Assembly: GCA_964507105.1 (NCBI GenBank)
Contig: CAZDOR010000001.1
Location: 4,722 to 68,721, forward strand
DNA: 64,000 bases
Direction of reading: 5' to 3'
DNA from: an uncultured Candidatus Saccharibacteria bacterium
Lineage (GTDB): Bacteria > Patescibacteriota > Minisyncoccia > Minisyncoccales > PWPS01
A program made the position numbers and the translations under genes. Below are positions 1 to 10,726 of the stretch, piece after piece (position 1 is the stretch's first letter; every line of letters begins with the position of its first letter). The notes below the pieces were generated by a model. It was not told the origin of the DNA and ran no database searches. It worked only from the letters and a program-made list of their open reading frames with translations.

Positions 1-432
1 ATCATAACTTATTCCTCGTTCATTGAGATATTCTTTCGCCTTTTTTCCTTTTTTCGATTTTCGAAGTTGCGCCTGAAAAAACTTGGTAGCCAATTCACAT
101 ATATCGTACAGCTTTTCTCGTTTACTCGCTTTTTCGGGATCTCTTTTTTTTACTTCCACTCCCGCTTTTTTAGCCAAAATTCTCAGCGCTTCCGGAAATT
201 CGATTCCTTCCATCTTCATGACAAAATCAAACATATCTCCTCCTTCGGAACAACTTCCAAAGCATCTCCAAGTTTGACGAGAGGGAGAAACGAAAAACGA
301 AGGAGTTTTTTCCGCATGAAAAGGACAAAGGGCTCTCATGTTAGAGCCCACTTTTTCCAGCTCGACATATTCTTGGACTATATCAACAATATCAAGCCGA
401 GACTTTATCTCCTCAACTGTGTTGTCGGACAT
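1..432 (-). CDS. dnaG: DNA primase, N-terminal part (runs off window)
   Basis: Manual translation: [66 protein letters not shown], a CHC2 zinc finger. Absent from the ORF track because it has no stop in the window. Confidence 0.95.
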   Translation of the reverse strand, partial: MSDNTVEEIKSRLDIVDIVQEYVELEKVGSNMRALCPFHAEKTPSFFVSPSRQTWRCFGSCSEGGDMFDFVMKMEGIEFPEALRILAKKAGVEVKKRDPEKASKREKLYDICELATKFFQAQLRKSKKGKKAKEYLNERGISYD

Positions 433-441
433 ATCTTTTTC

Positions 442-470
442 ATTATAAAGAAAAATCGGTTTATTTTCAA
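442..470 (-). promoter_or_regulatory. sigma70-type promoter of dnaG
   Basis: TTGAAA-N17-TATAAT on the minus strand, -10 box 9 nt before the ATG. Confidence 0.6.
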
Positions 471-486
471 CCTGGAGTTAAAAAGT

Positions 487-515
487 TTGACAACGCCCTC
501 CTTATCACTTAAAAT
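487..515 (+). promoter_or_regulatory. sigma70-type promoter of the glycosyltransferase/radical SAM operon
   Basis: TTGACA-N17-TAAAAT. Confidence 0.65.
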
Positions 516-583
516 TTCCCCAAACGAAGGTATTTACCCGCTGGAAATTTTTTGTTTCTTTTCAAGGGAAAATACCTAAAATT

Positions 584-1912
584 ATGAAAATTTTATTTTT
601 ATATGACTTTCCCCTATGGGGTAACGGGTCGGGCGCCTATCTGAGAAGCTTGGTAAAAGAATTGGTCAAAATGGATCATGAGGTGGGAATAATCGCTCCC
701 GAAGAGCGTCGTTTTTTAGAAAGTAAAATAAAACAATACAAAGTAGATGCTCCTCAAATTCCGGTATTCAACAGTCATCCGGAGTTAAAAGGAGCAAAAA
801 GATACTCCGAACTTTCACCCGGAGAAATAACCGAAATTTACGAGGCCTACTTGGAAACAACCATGGAGGCTATTTTTAATTTCGATCCGGACGTTTTACA
901 TGTTAACCATTTGGCACTTATCACTTGGCCCGCTCGTTACGTTTCCGCCTTGATGGATACGAAATACGTAATCACCGTGCATGGTAGTTGTTTAACCAAC
1001 GTCACCGAAAACAAACAATATTTTTCACTTACGGAAGACGCCGTAAGGGAGGCCAAAGCAATAACCATGGTCAGTAAAAGCACCAAAAAAAGATTCTTCG
1101 AACACTTCGATGAAAATATAGTTACCAGATCGAGAATTATTCCGGGCGGGGTTGACATTAGCAACTTTCCGAAAGAGATGGACGTCACCCACTTGGAAGA
1201 AAAGTATAACTTGAAAGAGAAAAAGGTTGTCTTTTTCGCCGGAAGGCTCAGCTCGGAAAAGGGAATGGAGTATCTGGTGAGAGCAGCGGACAAGATAGAC
1301 GGAGAAATATTCATAGCCGGAGAAGGGGCCATGAGAAAAGACTTGGAAAAAATAATAGCAAAAAACAACTTGGGAAACGTTCATCTACTCGGATATTTAC
1401 TTACAGAAGAGCTTATTCCATTTTATTACAGAGCCGACGTTTTTGTTTGCCCCTCGGTAGTAGCCGAGGCTTTCGGTTTAACAATAACCGAAGCAATGGC
1501 AGCAAGCACTCCGGTTATCGCAACCAAAAAGGGAGGAATTCCTTTACTGGTAAAAAATGAGAAGAACGGACTGTTCATCAAAGAAAAAGACGCCGATGAC
1601 ATAGCTAAAAAATGCAATAAAGTACTCCACAACGACGAAAAGAGAAAACAGATGGGCAAGCAAGCAAGAAAAGACATAGAAGAAAAATTCACCTGGAGAA
1701 AAGTTGCGGAAAGGTTCGAATTTCTATACAAGATAGTAACCGGTGAATATTACAGAGAAAGAAGAAAAAACGATAACGGAGCAAACAGTATCACCAGAAT
1801 GAAAAAAGCGGAACTAATTAAAAAAGCGAAAAAGAAAAAAATAGACTTCAACGAAGAAAAAGTAACGAGGAAAAAATTAATTAAAAAATTAAAAAATAAA
1901 CTTTCCGAATGA
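584..1912 (+). CDS. GT4-family glycosyltransferase with basic C-terminal tail
   Basis: GT-B motifs (FAGRLSSEKG; EAFGLTITEAMAASTPVIAT). Confidence 0.9.
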   Translation: MKILFLYDFPLWGNGSGAYLRSLVKELVKMDHEVGIIAPEERRFLESKIKQYKVDAPQIPVFNSHPELKGAKRYSELSPGEITEIYEAYLETTMEAIFNFDPDVLHVNHLALITWPARYVSALMDTKYVITVHGSCLTNVTENKQYFSLTEDAVREAKAITMVSKSTKKRFFEHFDENIVTRSRIIPGGVDISNFPKEMDVTHLEEKYNLKEKKVVFFAGRLSSEKGMEYLVRAADKIDGEIFIAGEGAMRKDLEKIIAKNNLGNVHLLGYLLTEELIPFYYRADVFVCPSVVAEAFGLTITEAMAASTPVIATKKGGIPLLVKNEKNGLFIKEKDADDIAKKCNKVLHNDEKRKQMGKQARKDIEEKFTWRKVAERFEFLYKIVTGEYYRERRKNDNGANSITRMKKAELIKKAKKKKIDFNEEKVTRKKLIKKLKNKLSE

Positions 1913-2508
1913 CCATAACCGTTCTGGGAGGAGGAATAACCGAAGACGAAAAGCTTCCCAAACAATCCATAAAAAGACTAAGAAAGGCGATCGAGCTTTT
2001 TAAGAAAAAGAAGGCCGATCGCTTTTTAGTTTGCGGAAAATACAGTTTTCTTTATGGGGATAAAGCTCCAAAAACAACGGAGGCCGACCTAATGAAAAAG
2101 TTTTTACTTTCCAAACAAATAGAAGAAAAAAAGATTTTCACCGAAAAAAAATCAATGGACACTATAAGTAATGCCTATTTCGCAAAAACCGAATATTTTT
2201 TGCCCGAAGACGAAAAAGAGGCAATTATAGTGACTTCCGATTATCACGTGAAAAGAGTAAAATATATTTTTGAAAAAATCTTCGGCCCGGAATTTAATTT
2301 GGGCTTCACTGGAGTTAGTGCTAATATTAAAAACAAGGAGCGACTTAAGCAGAGACAACAAAAGCTATTAAAAGAAGCTAAAAAAATGACCCGGGAGATG
2401 AAAGACGGTGATCATGAATTTTTTAAGGGTAAATTTTTCAATATGGATTATTATCGCAAAAAAAGGGAACAATGGATTAAAAATTTAACCGCTAAAGGAG
2501 ATGAATAA
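1909..2508 (+). CDS. YdcF/DUF218-family protein
   Basis: VLGGG, TEADLMK, EKKSMDTISNA, IIVTSDYHVKR motifs; ATGA overlap with upstream gene. Confidence 0.85.
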   Translation: MTITVLGGGITEDEKLPKQSIKRLRKAIELFKKKKADRFLVCGKYSFLYGDKAPKTTEADLMKKFLLSKQIEEKKIFTEKKSMDTISNAYFAKTEYFLPEDEKEAIIVTSDYHVKRVKYIFEKIFGPEFNLGFTGVSANIKNKERLKQRQQKLLKEAKKMTREMKDGDHEFFKGKFFNMDYYRKKREQWIKNLTAKGDE

Positions 2509-3490
2509 AATTTCAGTAATTATTCCGACTTACAAAAGAAAAAAGCAAGTAATAAGAACCCTGAATCACCTATTTCAATCGAAAGGATTAGGTGACGAAT
2601 TTAAAATGGAGGTGATAATTTCTGACTGCACTGAAGATGGTTCGGTAAAAAAAGAGATAGAAAAGAACTTCGGAGATAAAGTAATCTACACCCGGCCCGA
2701 AAAGCCGGGGGTGGCCAGCAATAAAAATCAAGGAGCAAAAATAGCTAAAAATCCCATTTTAATCTTTGCCGATTCCGATATGGAAGTTGAAAAAGAGACC
2801 TTGCTTTCCTGTATTGATTACTTAAAAAAACACCCGCATGTAGCCGCTCTTACTACAAATATAATCTGGAGAGGTAATAAAAATGAAGGAGATCCGGATA
2901 GACCCAGAAATGAGGACAGACTACTTAATTATAAAGATACCGACTTCACGGAATTTATATACTCCAGATTTAAAGTTACTTATAAAGAAGTTTTTGAAAA
3001 GGTGGGTGGTTATGATGAAGAAGTCTTCAATATACGAGGAGAAGGTTCCGATCTTTCTACTCGTTACTGGAGAGCCGGTTTTCCTCTCGCCTATAATTTC
3101 GAAACCAAAGTTCATCATCACGAAATCGATGAGGGAATCGGATCAACTGCAAAAAATCCGGAATGGGGAGTTGCCAAGGACTATCTTTTATTAGGTTATA
3201 AGTACGATAACTACGAAAAAGAATCCAATTATTTTGCAAAAACGATAAGTGAAAACATGAAAAACTATGACCATGATAAAAGCCACTTTCGTATCTTGCA
3301 AGGAATAGCTAAAAATTACAAGCTCGTATCCGAATCTAAAAAAATAATCGATAAACAGAAGGAAGAAATGAATCCAAAGTTCAATTTCAATTTTATGGAA
3401 GTATTTTCCGATAAAGAAAAACTTAAAAACTGCATAGACGAAGCGGAAGAAAAACTAAAACCAATAAAAAATAAGTCCTTAAAAATATGA
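2501..3490 (+). CDS. GT2-family glycosyltransferase
   Basis: ISVIIPTYKR start, DxD (FADSD), GGYDE motif. Confidence 0.9.
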   Translation: MNKISVIIPTYKRKKQVIRTLNHLFQSKGLGDEFKMEVIISDCTEDGSVKKEIEKNFGDKVIYTRPEKPGVASNKNQGAKIAKNPILIFADSDMEVEKETLLSCIDYLKKHPHVAALTTNIIWRGNKNEGDPDRPRNEDRLLNYKDTDFTEFIYSRFKVTYKEVFEKVGGYDEEVFNIRGEGSDLSTRYWRAGFPLAYNFETKVHHHEIDEGIGSTAKNPEWGVAKDYLLLGYKYDNYEKESNYFAKTISENMKNYDHDKSHFRILQGIAKNYKLVSESKKIIDKQKEEMNPKFNFNFMEVFSDKEKLKNCIDEAEEKLKPIKNKSLKI

Positions 3491-4530
3491 AAAAACTAAA
3501 AATAGCTCAATTGGTTCTTCCCTGGATTCCTCTTCCACCACCGGAATATGCGGGAACCGAATGGGTTGTTTACAGCTTAACTGAAGAGTTGGTAAAAAGA
3601 GGACACGAAGTAACCTTGTTTTCAGTCGGAAAATCACAAACATCGGCTAATCTTGACTACGTATTCAAAGAACCGTTCGGCCTTCAAGATGACGTAATGA
3701 AAACAATCAAGGGTTCTTTTAAGCCTTGGCGGCATGTTGCTCATTGCTTTAGTCAAGCAGAAAAATTCGACATAATACATTCTCACGCACAGTTCAATGC
3801 TCTTCCTTTTGCAGATGTTGTCGAAACTCCCACCTTGAACACTTTCCATCGCGTATATGAATTCGAAGATGAAGACGAAAAAGAGCTTGTTGAAAATTAC
3901 AGTCACTTAAATTACGCTTCAATAAGTAATTCTCAAAGAGCTTTGGATCTTAATTTCGTGGGAACAGTCTATAACGGAATTCCAACTGAAAAATTCAGCT
4001 TCGAAGAAGAAAAGGAGGATTTTTTGCTTTGGGTCGGAAGAGTCGTAGATAAAAAAGGTCCGAAAGAGGCAATATTGACAGCGAAAAAATTAGGAGAAAA
4101 GTTAATAATGATAGGAAAAAATACTCGTCCAAAATACTTCGATCGAGAGATAAAACCACTAATTGATGGAAAGCAAATTAAATTTTTAGGTAGTATGCCT
4201 CAAAATAAATTGGTAAAATACTATCAAAAGGCAAGAGCCTTCATATTCCCAATAAAGTGGAATGAGCCCTTCGGTTTGGTTCCGGTAGAAGCTATGAGTT
4301 GCGGAACACCCGTTATCGCCTACAAAAACGGTGGTGTTGCCGAGACTGTCATATCGGGGAAAACCGGGGTTCTGGTAAATCAATCAAAGGGAGTAGATGG
4401 ATTAGCGGAAGGATTTAAGTCCATAAAAAAAATAAAACCCTCCGACTGTCGTAACCACATAGAGAATAACTTTACCGTATCCGAAATGACAAAAGAATAT
4501 GAAAAAATTTATAAAAAGTTAATAAATTAA
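3487..4530 (+). CDS. GT4-family glycosyltransferase
   Basis: PPPEYAGTE; WNEPFGLVPVEAMSCGTPVIA. Confidence 0.9.
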   Translation: MKKLKIAQLVLPWIPLPPPEYAGTEWVVYSLTEELVKRGHEVTLFSVGKSQTSANLDYVFKEPFGLQDDVMKTIKGSFKPWRHVAHCFSQAEKFDIIHSHAQFNALPFADVVETPTLNTFHRVYEFEDEDEKELVENYSHLNYASISNSQRALDLNFVGTVYNGIPTEKFSFEEEKEDFLLWVGRVVDKKGPKEAILTAKKLGEKLIMIGKNTRPKYFDREIKPLIDGKQIKFLGSMPQNKLVKYYQKARAFIFPIKWNEPFGLVPVEAMSCGTPVIAYKNGGVAETVISGKTGVLVNQSKGVDGLAEGFKSIKKIKPSDCRNHIENNFTVSEMTKEYEKIYKKLIN

Positions 4531-4546
4531 GGAAAGAAAAATAGTT

Positions 4547-6214
4547 ATGCCAAAAAAGAAGCGGGAAAAATTAAGTTTGGTCTTTTTTCCGATGATCTAT
4601 GTAGAGAAAGTAAAATCAATTGCAACTTTCAGCTTTCCTTCCTTTTTTGTCAAAAACCTACTCGAAAAAGAAAATATCAACAGCAAAGTCATAAATATTT
4701 GGGAAGAAACACGAAAGAAAAATATAGACATTGATTCCGACCCTTATGAGAAAATAGCAGATTTTATTTTGGAAAAAGGAGCCGACCGAATAGGTTTTAC
4801 CACGATGGGAAACAATCACATATACGTTTTGCTTTTATCTCAAAAAATAAAGCAAAAAAACCCGGAAACGACGATATTTCTCGGAGGCCCTCACGCCTCA
4901 ATAGTAGATAAAGAGACTTTGGAAAAGTTCTCCTGTATAGACTTTATCTGTCGCGGAGAAGCGGAAAGAGTGGTTCCTCACTTAGCCGACTATTTCAGGG
5001 GAAAAGAAAAATTGGAAAACATACCCAACCTCACCTATCGAAAAGATGGAAGAGTGGTCAGAAACGAAAGTGCGGAGCTAATCAAGGGAGAAGAGATTCC
5101 GTCGATAGTTTATGAAAAAGAAACGGTCGATAAAATTGAAGAAAGTTCGGGAAAACGAAGTATTTTCTTAGAGGGCGGAAGAGGGTGTGTGGGAAATTGT
5201 ACTTTTTGTTCAACTTCGAATTTTTGGGAAAAAAAATACAGGCGAAAACCGACTGACAAATTTATTAGAGAAATTAAAAAAAACATAGCTCAGACAGGAG
5301 TGAATGCAGTAAAAATGACTCATGATAATTTTGCATTTGATAAAGAAAAATTAAAATCTTTTTGCAAGGAGATAAGAAATATAGATGTAGAGTGGGCTTG
5401 TCTTTCACGAGCGGACTCGCTGGATAAAGAAATAATAAAATTAATGAATGAATCGGGCTGTCATTTAATTCACATCGGAGTGGAAAGTGGAGATCAAGAA
5501 ATGCAAAGAATAATCAGGAAAAATATAAACCTGGAAAAGATGGATAAAATGATAGATTACATCCATAAAAATACGGATATACATATGATCGCCTCATTTG
5601 TAATCGGGCTGCCCGGGGAAGATTCAAGATCTCTTCTGAGAACGTTGAAAAAAGCTTTTGAAATTAGAAATAAATGCGGCAAGGGTTCTGCCCAAATTTA
5701 TAATTTAATACCCAGATCGGGCTCTCATACACTCAAAAAAAATAAAGATAAGTTAATTTTTGATGAGACTATCTACACCCAATCCCAAGACTCTTCCCCT
5801 CTGAAGCTGAAGCAAGAATTAGAGTTGATACGAAATAATCCGGATCTTTTCCATTATTTTTATCGCTTCAGCTGGGACGAGTTCAACATATTCTTTTTCG
5901 AGGCAGTAAAGTTAATATTTCGAACATTGCGTTTTTGCCCGAAAACTACTCATTCTTGGTTAAGTTCTTTTTCCGATTCCGAAGGAGAGGGGTTTATTGA
6001 ATCTCTGGGAGAGATAATGGATTGGAAAGATCCTCGAAAACCAACAAAAGAGGAGTTTAAAAAAATACTGGGATCAAAAAACGAGGTGGTTGACCAAGCT
6101 CATATCTTTAATATTTTTTCAGAATACTTTGAAAAAGAATCCAAGGAAATATCAAAAATATTGGAAGAAGAAAAAAACAAAATTATTGGAAGAAGATCGC
6201 AGTTTTCAATTTGA
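4547..6214 (+). CDS. B12-binding-domain radical SAM protein 1
   Basis: LGGPHAS / RGEAE cobalamin-binding domain motifs, GRGCVGNCTFC (CxxxCxxC), GVESG. Confidence 0.9.
   Translation: MPKKKREKLSLVFFPMIYVEKVKSIATFSFPSFFVKNLLEKENINSKVINIWEETRKKNIDIDSDPYEKIADFILEKGADRIGFTTMGNNHIYVLLLSQKIKQKNPETTIFLGGPHASIVDKETLEKFSCIDFICRGEAERVVPHLADYFRGKEKLENIPNLTYRKDGRVVRNESAELIKGEEIPSIVYEKETVDKIEESSGKRSIFLEGGRGCVGNCTFCSTSNFWEKKYRRKPTDKFIREIKKNIAQTGVNAVKMTHDNFAFDKEKLKSFCKEIRNIDVEWACLSRADSLDKEIIKLMNESGCHLIHIGVESGDQEMQRIIRKNINLEKMDKMIDYIHKNTDIHMIASFVIGLPGEDSRSLLRTLKKAFEIRNKCGKGSAQIYNLIPRSGSHTLKKNKDKLIFDETIYTQSQDSSPLKLKQELELIRNNPDLFHYFYRFSWDEFNIFFFEAVKLIFRTLRFCPKTTHSWLSSFSDSEGEGFIESLGEIMDWKDPRKPTKEEFKKILGSKNEVVDQAHIFNIFSEYFEKESKEISKILEEEKNKIIGRRSQFSI
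4861..5227 (+). repeat. 367-bp direct repeat, copy 1
   Basis: No mismatch found by eye against 6494-6860 (offset 1633). Confidence 0.9.
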
Positions 6215-6215
6215 T

Positions 6216-7844
6216 ATGTCTATCAAACATAAAAATAATTTAACTTTAATAGAAATTATTCCTAAAACTAAATTTTGGGCTTCCTTGGCCTTGCTGGTTT
6301 TAAAAAAAGAGTTCAAAAAGTACGGAATCAATACTGAAATTTTTAGAATCTCCAAATTGGATGAAGATAATATCACATATGAAAAGTTAGCATCTCAGAT
6401 AATCAAGAAAAATCCTCACCATATAGGATTTTCCTCGCCCGGATCAATTTATGTAAATATTATCCTTTTATCAAAAGAGATTAAAAAACAATCCCCGGAA
6501 ACGACGATATTTCTCGGAGGCCCTCACGCCTCAATAGTAGATAAAGAGACTTTGGAAAAGTTCTCCTGTATAGACTTTATCTGTCGCGGAGAAGCGGAAA
6601 GAGTGGTTCCTCACTTAGCCGACTATTTCAGGGGAAAAGAAAAATTGGAAAACATACCCAACCTCACCTATCGAAAAGATGGAAGAGTGGTCAGAAACGA
6701 AAGTGCGGAGCTAATCAAGGGAGAAGAGATTCCGTCGATAGTTTATGAAAAAGAAACGGTCGATAAAATTGAAGAAAGTTCGGGAAAACGAAGTATTTTC
6801 TTAGAGGGCGGAAGAGGGTGTGTGGGAAATTGTACTTTTTGTTCAACTTCGAATTTTTGGAAAAAGAAGTGCAGAAACAAACCAATCAACGATCTCATTA
6901 AAGAAATTAAACAAAATGTTAATCAGGTAAAAGCAGAAAGAGTAGATATGATTCATGATAATTTTGCATCTGATAGAAAAAAACTGAAAAAATTTTGTAA
7001 AAAAATAAAAAAAATGGGCGTGAAATGGTCTTGTTCCTCTCGAATAGATATATTGAATGAAAAAGTAATAAAATCAATGGATAGGTCGGGATGTTATCAG
7101 ATTTGTTCCGGAATAGAGAGCTGGGATAAAGAAATTCAAAAAAAGATAAAGAAAAATATAAACCTTGAAAGAGCTGAAAAGTTAATAGATTATACCATCA
7201 AAAACACCGAAATAAATCTGAAAATACCTTTCATTGTCGGATTTCCTTTTGAGACCCCTAAATCACTGAAAAGTACAATGGAAAAGTATTTTGAACTCGC
7301 TACCGTTTTAAAAAGAAAAGAGAACGCCATAATGGCCTCCTTAGAAGCTCAAGCGGGATCCGAACTGTATAAAACAAAAAAAGTATTTAATGAAAAAATA
7401 GAAAAGTTTTCCCGCCTGACGAAACAAACCAGATTTTGCTTCAATCCAGAAAAAGAAAAAAAACTAATTAGAGAAAATGAAAACCTCTTCGGTCATCACT
7501 ACAAATTTGAATCAAAAATCTTTAATCCACTTTTTTTTGAATCGGTACAATTTATTTGCGACCTTCTTAATCGTTATTTTCCAAAAACAACCTATCTTTG
7601 GATTAATTCATTTCCGGGAACAGGTGAAGAGTTTATTGAAGCCTTCGGAAGTGTCATGAATTGGAAAAACCCCTACAAACCTAAAGAAAGAGAAGTTGAA
7701 AACATTATTCAAGCGGATACCCAAAAGTTAATTTTTACTTTTATTGAACATTTTAAAAATTGCGGCGGACAAATTAAAAAAGAAATCTTGAGGGAGGAAG
7801 TAGAAATAATTAAAAAAAATAGGAATCGTTCAAAGGTGCGGTGA
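6216..7844 (+). CDS. B12-binding-domain radical SAM protein 2
   Basis: Same motifs as the upstream paralog; ATG 6216 (1 nt after the upstream stop) preferred to the ORF-track TTG at 6090. Confidence 0.9.
   Translation: MSIKHKNNLTLIEIIPKTKFWASLALLVLKKEFKKYGINTEIFRISKLDEDNITYEKLASQIIKKNPHHIGFSSPGSIYVNIILLSKEIKKQSPETTIFLGGPHASIVDKETLEKFSCIDFICRGEAERVVPHLADYFRGKEKLENIPNLTYRKDGRVVRNESAELIKGEEIPSIVYEKETVDKIEESSGKRSIFLEGGRGCVGNCTFCSTSNFWKKKCRNKPINDLIKEIKQNVNQVKAERVDMIHDNFASDRKKLKKFCKKIKKMGVKWSCSSRIDILNEKVIKSMDRSGCYQICSGIESWDKEIQKKIKKNINLERAEKLIDYTIKNTEINLKIPFIVGFPFETPKSLKSTMEKYFELATVLKRKENAIMASLEAQAGSELYKTKKVFNEKIEKFSRLTKQTRFCFNPEKEKKLIRENENLFGHHYKFESKIFNPLFFESVQFICDLLNRYFPKTTYLWINSFPGTGEEFIEAFGSVMNWKNPYKPKEREVENIIQADTQKLIFTFIEHFKNCGGQIKKEILREEVEIIKKNRNRSKVR
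6494..6860 (+). repeat. 367-bp direct repeat, copy 2
   Basis: No mismatch found by eye against 4861-5227. Confidence 0.9.
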
Positions 7845-7925
7845 GGGTGGGATTCGAACCCACGGTACCCGTGAGGGCACACCTGCACTCCAAGCAGGCG
7901 CCTTCGACCACTCAGCCACCTCACC
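7839..7925 (-). tRNA. tRNA-Ser(GGA)
   Basis: Cloverleaf GGTGAGG...CCTCACCG, anticodon arm CCTGC-TTGGAGT-GCAGG, long variable arm. Confidence 0.95.
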
Positions 7926-7934
7926 AAATTTCAA

Positions 7935-8471
7935 TTAACTTCGAGGTAAATTAGATATTATTTCCGATAAAACCGGATGTTTAGCGGAAATTTTGTTTCT
8001 CAAAAGTCCAACAACGGTAACGACATCGGAAACTTCGTCCTGCAAGCTTTCCGGACCGGTAAAAATTTCCGCCGTTTCTTCCAAAAGAGAGTTTAAATAA
8101 TCATCCATTATTTTTCGATTCGCTTCTTTGTTAAGATAGTCAATCAGCTTTTTAAACTCTCCTCTGTCAAGCCAAATTCCCTGACAAAGATTACAGACAT
8201 CGACTTTTATATTCGAGTCACCGTAGTTTATCTCATACATTGGCACCTCACAAGCCGGACATTCTTTTCCTTCTTCTGAAATTCGAAATTTCTCTTTTTG
8301 GCTCCATAAATCAACATCCAGCCAATCAAGGTTACTTTGCTTGGTATCTTTGGCTATTCTCAATTCATTTTTTTCAAACCAAACCCCCAAACCTTGCGGA
8401 CAATAATCCACTTCGGTGTTATAAAAAACAGCACTCTTTAGTTTTTGGTCTTTATGTATCGGGCATTTCAT
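7935..8471 (-). CDS. Tandem zinc-ribbon (zf-TFIIB-like) protein
   Basis: Two repeats of CPxx...VDxC...GxWxxxxE. Confidence 0.75.
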   Translation of the reverse strand: MKCPIHKDQKLKSAVFYNTEVDYCPQGLGVWFEKNELRIAKDTKQSNLDWLDVDLWSQKEKFRISEEGKECPACEVPMYEINYGDSNIKVDVCNLCQGIWLDRGEFKKLIDYLNKEANRKIMDDYLNSLLEETAEIFTGPESLQDEVSDVVTVVGLLRNKISAKHPVLSEIISNLPRS

Positions 8472-8514
8472 AAGTTAATTATATGATAAATTATTTTCAA
8501 CTATTTTTCAAATG

Positions 8515-8540
8515 AAAAACCCCCATGATAGGGGGTTTTT
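8515..8540 (-). terminator. Intrinsic terminator after groEL
   Basis: AAAAACCCCC-ATGATA-GGGGGTTTTT. Confidence 0.8.
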
Positions 8541-8567
8541 GCGTCAGCGTGGAGGTTTGAAATCAAA

Positions 8568-10271
<1,704 letters not shown>

Positions 10272-10565
10272 TTAATTTTCAACAATAGCTAAAACGTCTT
10301 CTTCCTTTGCGATTAAATATTCCTCATCATTCATTTTTATTTCATTGGGTCCGTACTTGGTGAAAATGACCTCGTCCCCTTTCTCCAGTTCAATCTTCAC
10401 TCTATCTCCGTCTTCATTTCTTTTTCCCGGACCTACCGCAACAACTCGACCTCTCTCCGGCTTGCTTTCGCCGGCAGAATCGGGAAGGAGTATGCCTCCT
10501 TCGGTTTTTTCTTCTCTTTTTTTCGGCTTGATAACTACATTATCGGCAAGTGGTTTTAAATTCAT
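10272..10565 (-). CDS. groS: Co-chaperonin GroES
   Basis: LKPLADNVVI, GGILLPDSA, VVAVGPG. Confidence 0.99.
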   Translation of the reverse strand: MNLKPLADNVVIKPKKREEKTEGGILLPDSAGESKPERGRVVAVGPGKRNEDGDRVKIELEKGDEVIFTKYGPNEIKMNDEEYLIAKEEDVLAIVEN

Positions 10566-10608
10566 AATTTTCTATTTATTAATTTAATTAACTTATATAG
10601 ACGACCTT

Positions 10609-10635
10609 TTAGCAGAGTAAAACTCTAAGTGCTAA
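10609..10635 (-). promoter_or_regulatory. CIRCE-like operator (HrcA site) upstream of groES
   Basis: TTAGCACTT-N9-CTCTGCTAA versus consensus TTAGCACTC-N9-GAGTGCTAA; TTGACA at 10668-10663 just upstream. Confidence 0.75.
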
Positions 10636-10690
10636 CAATATTATTATCAATATATTTTCTATTGTCAAGACCTTTTTTGGGTTTATTTAT

Positions 10691-10718
10691 TTGTCATAAA
10701 CTTTCAATATGGTAGAAT
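10691..10718 (+). promoter_or_regulatory. sigma70-type promoter
   Basis: TTGTCA-N16-TAGAAT with TG extension, 8 nt before ATG 10727. Confidence 0.6.
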
Positions 10719-10726
10719 GAGTTAGA

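Noticed and set aside
67-579. 170-aa plus-strand ORF, and the many antisense/overlapping ORFs in the track
   Set aside because: Shadow frames of real genes (here dnaG on the minus strand); F/S/L-rich with no motifs.
4861-6860. DGR or mobile-element repeat in the rSAM genes
   Set aside because: The copies are identical, in-frame and inside coding domains; no transposase, terminal inverted repeats or RT.
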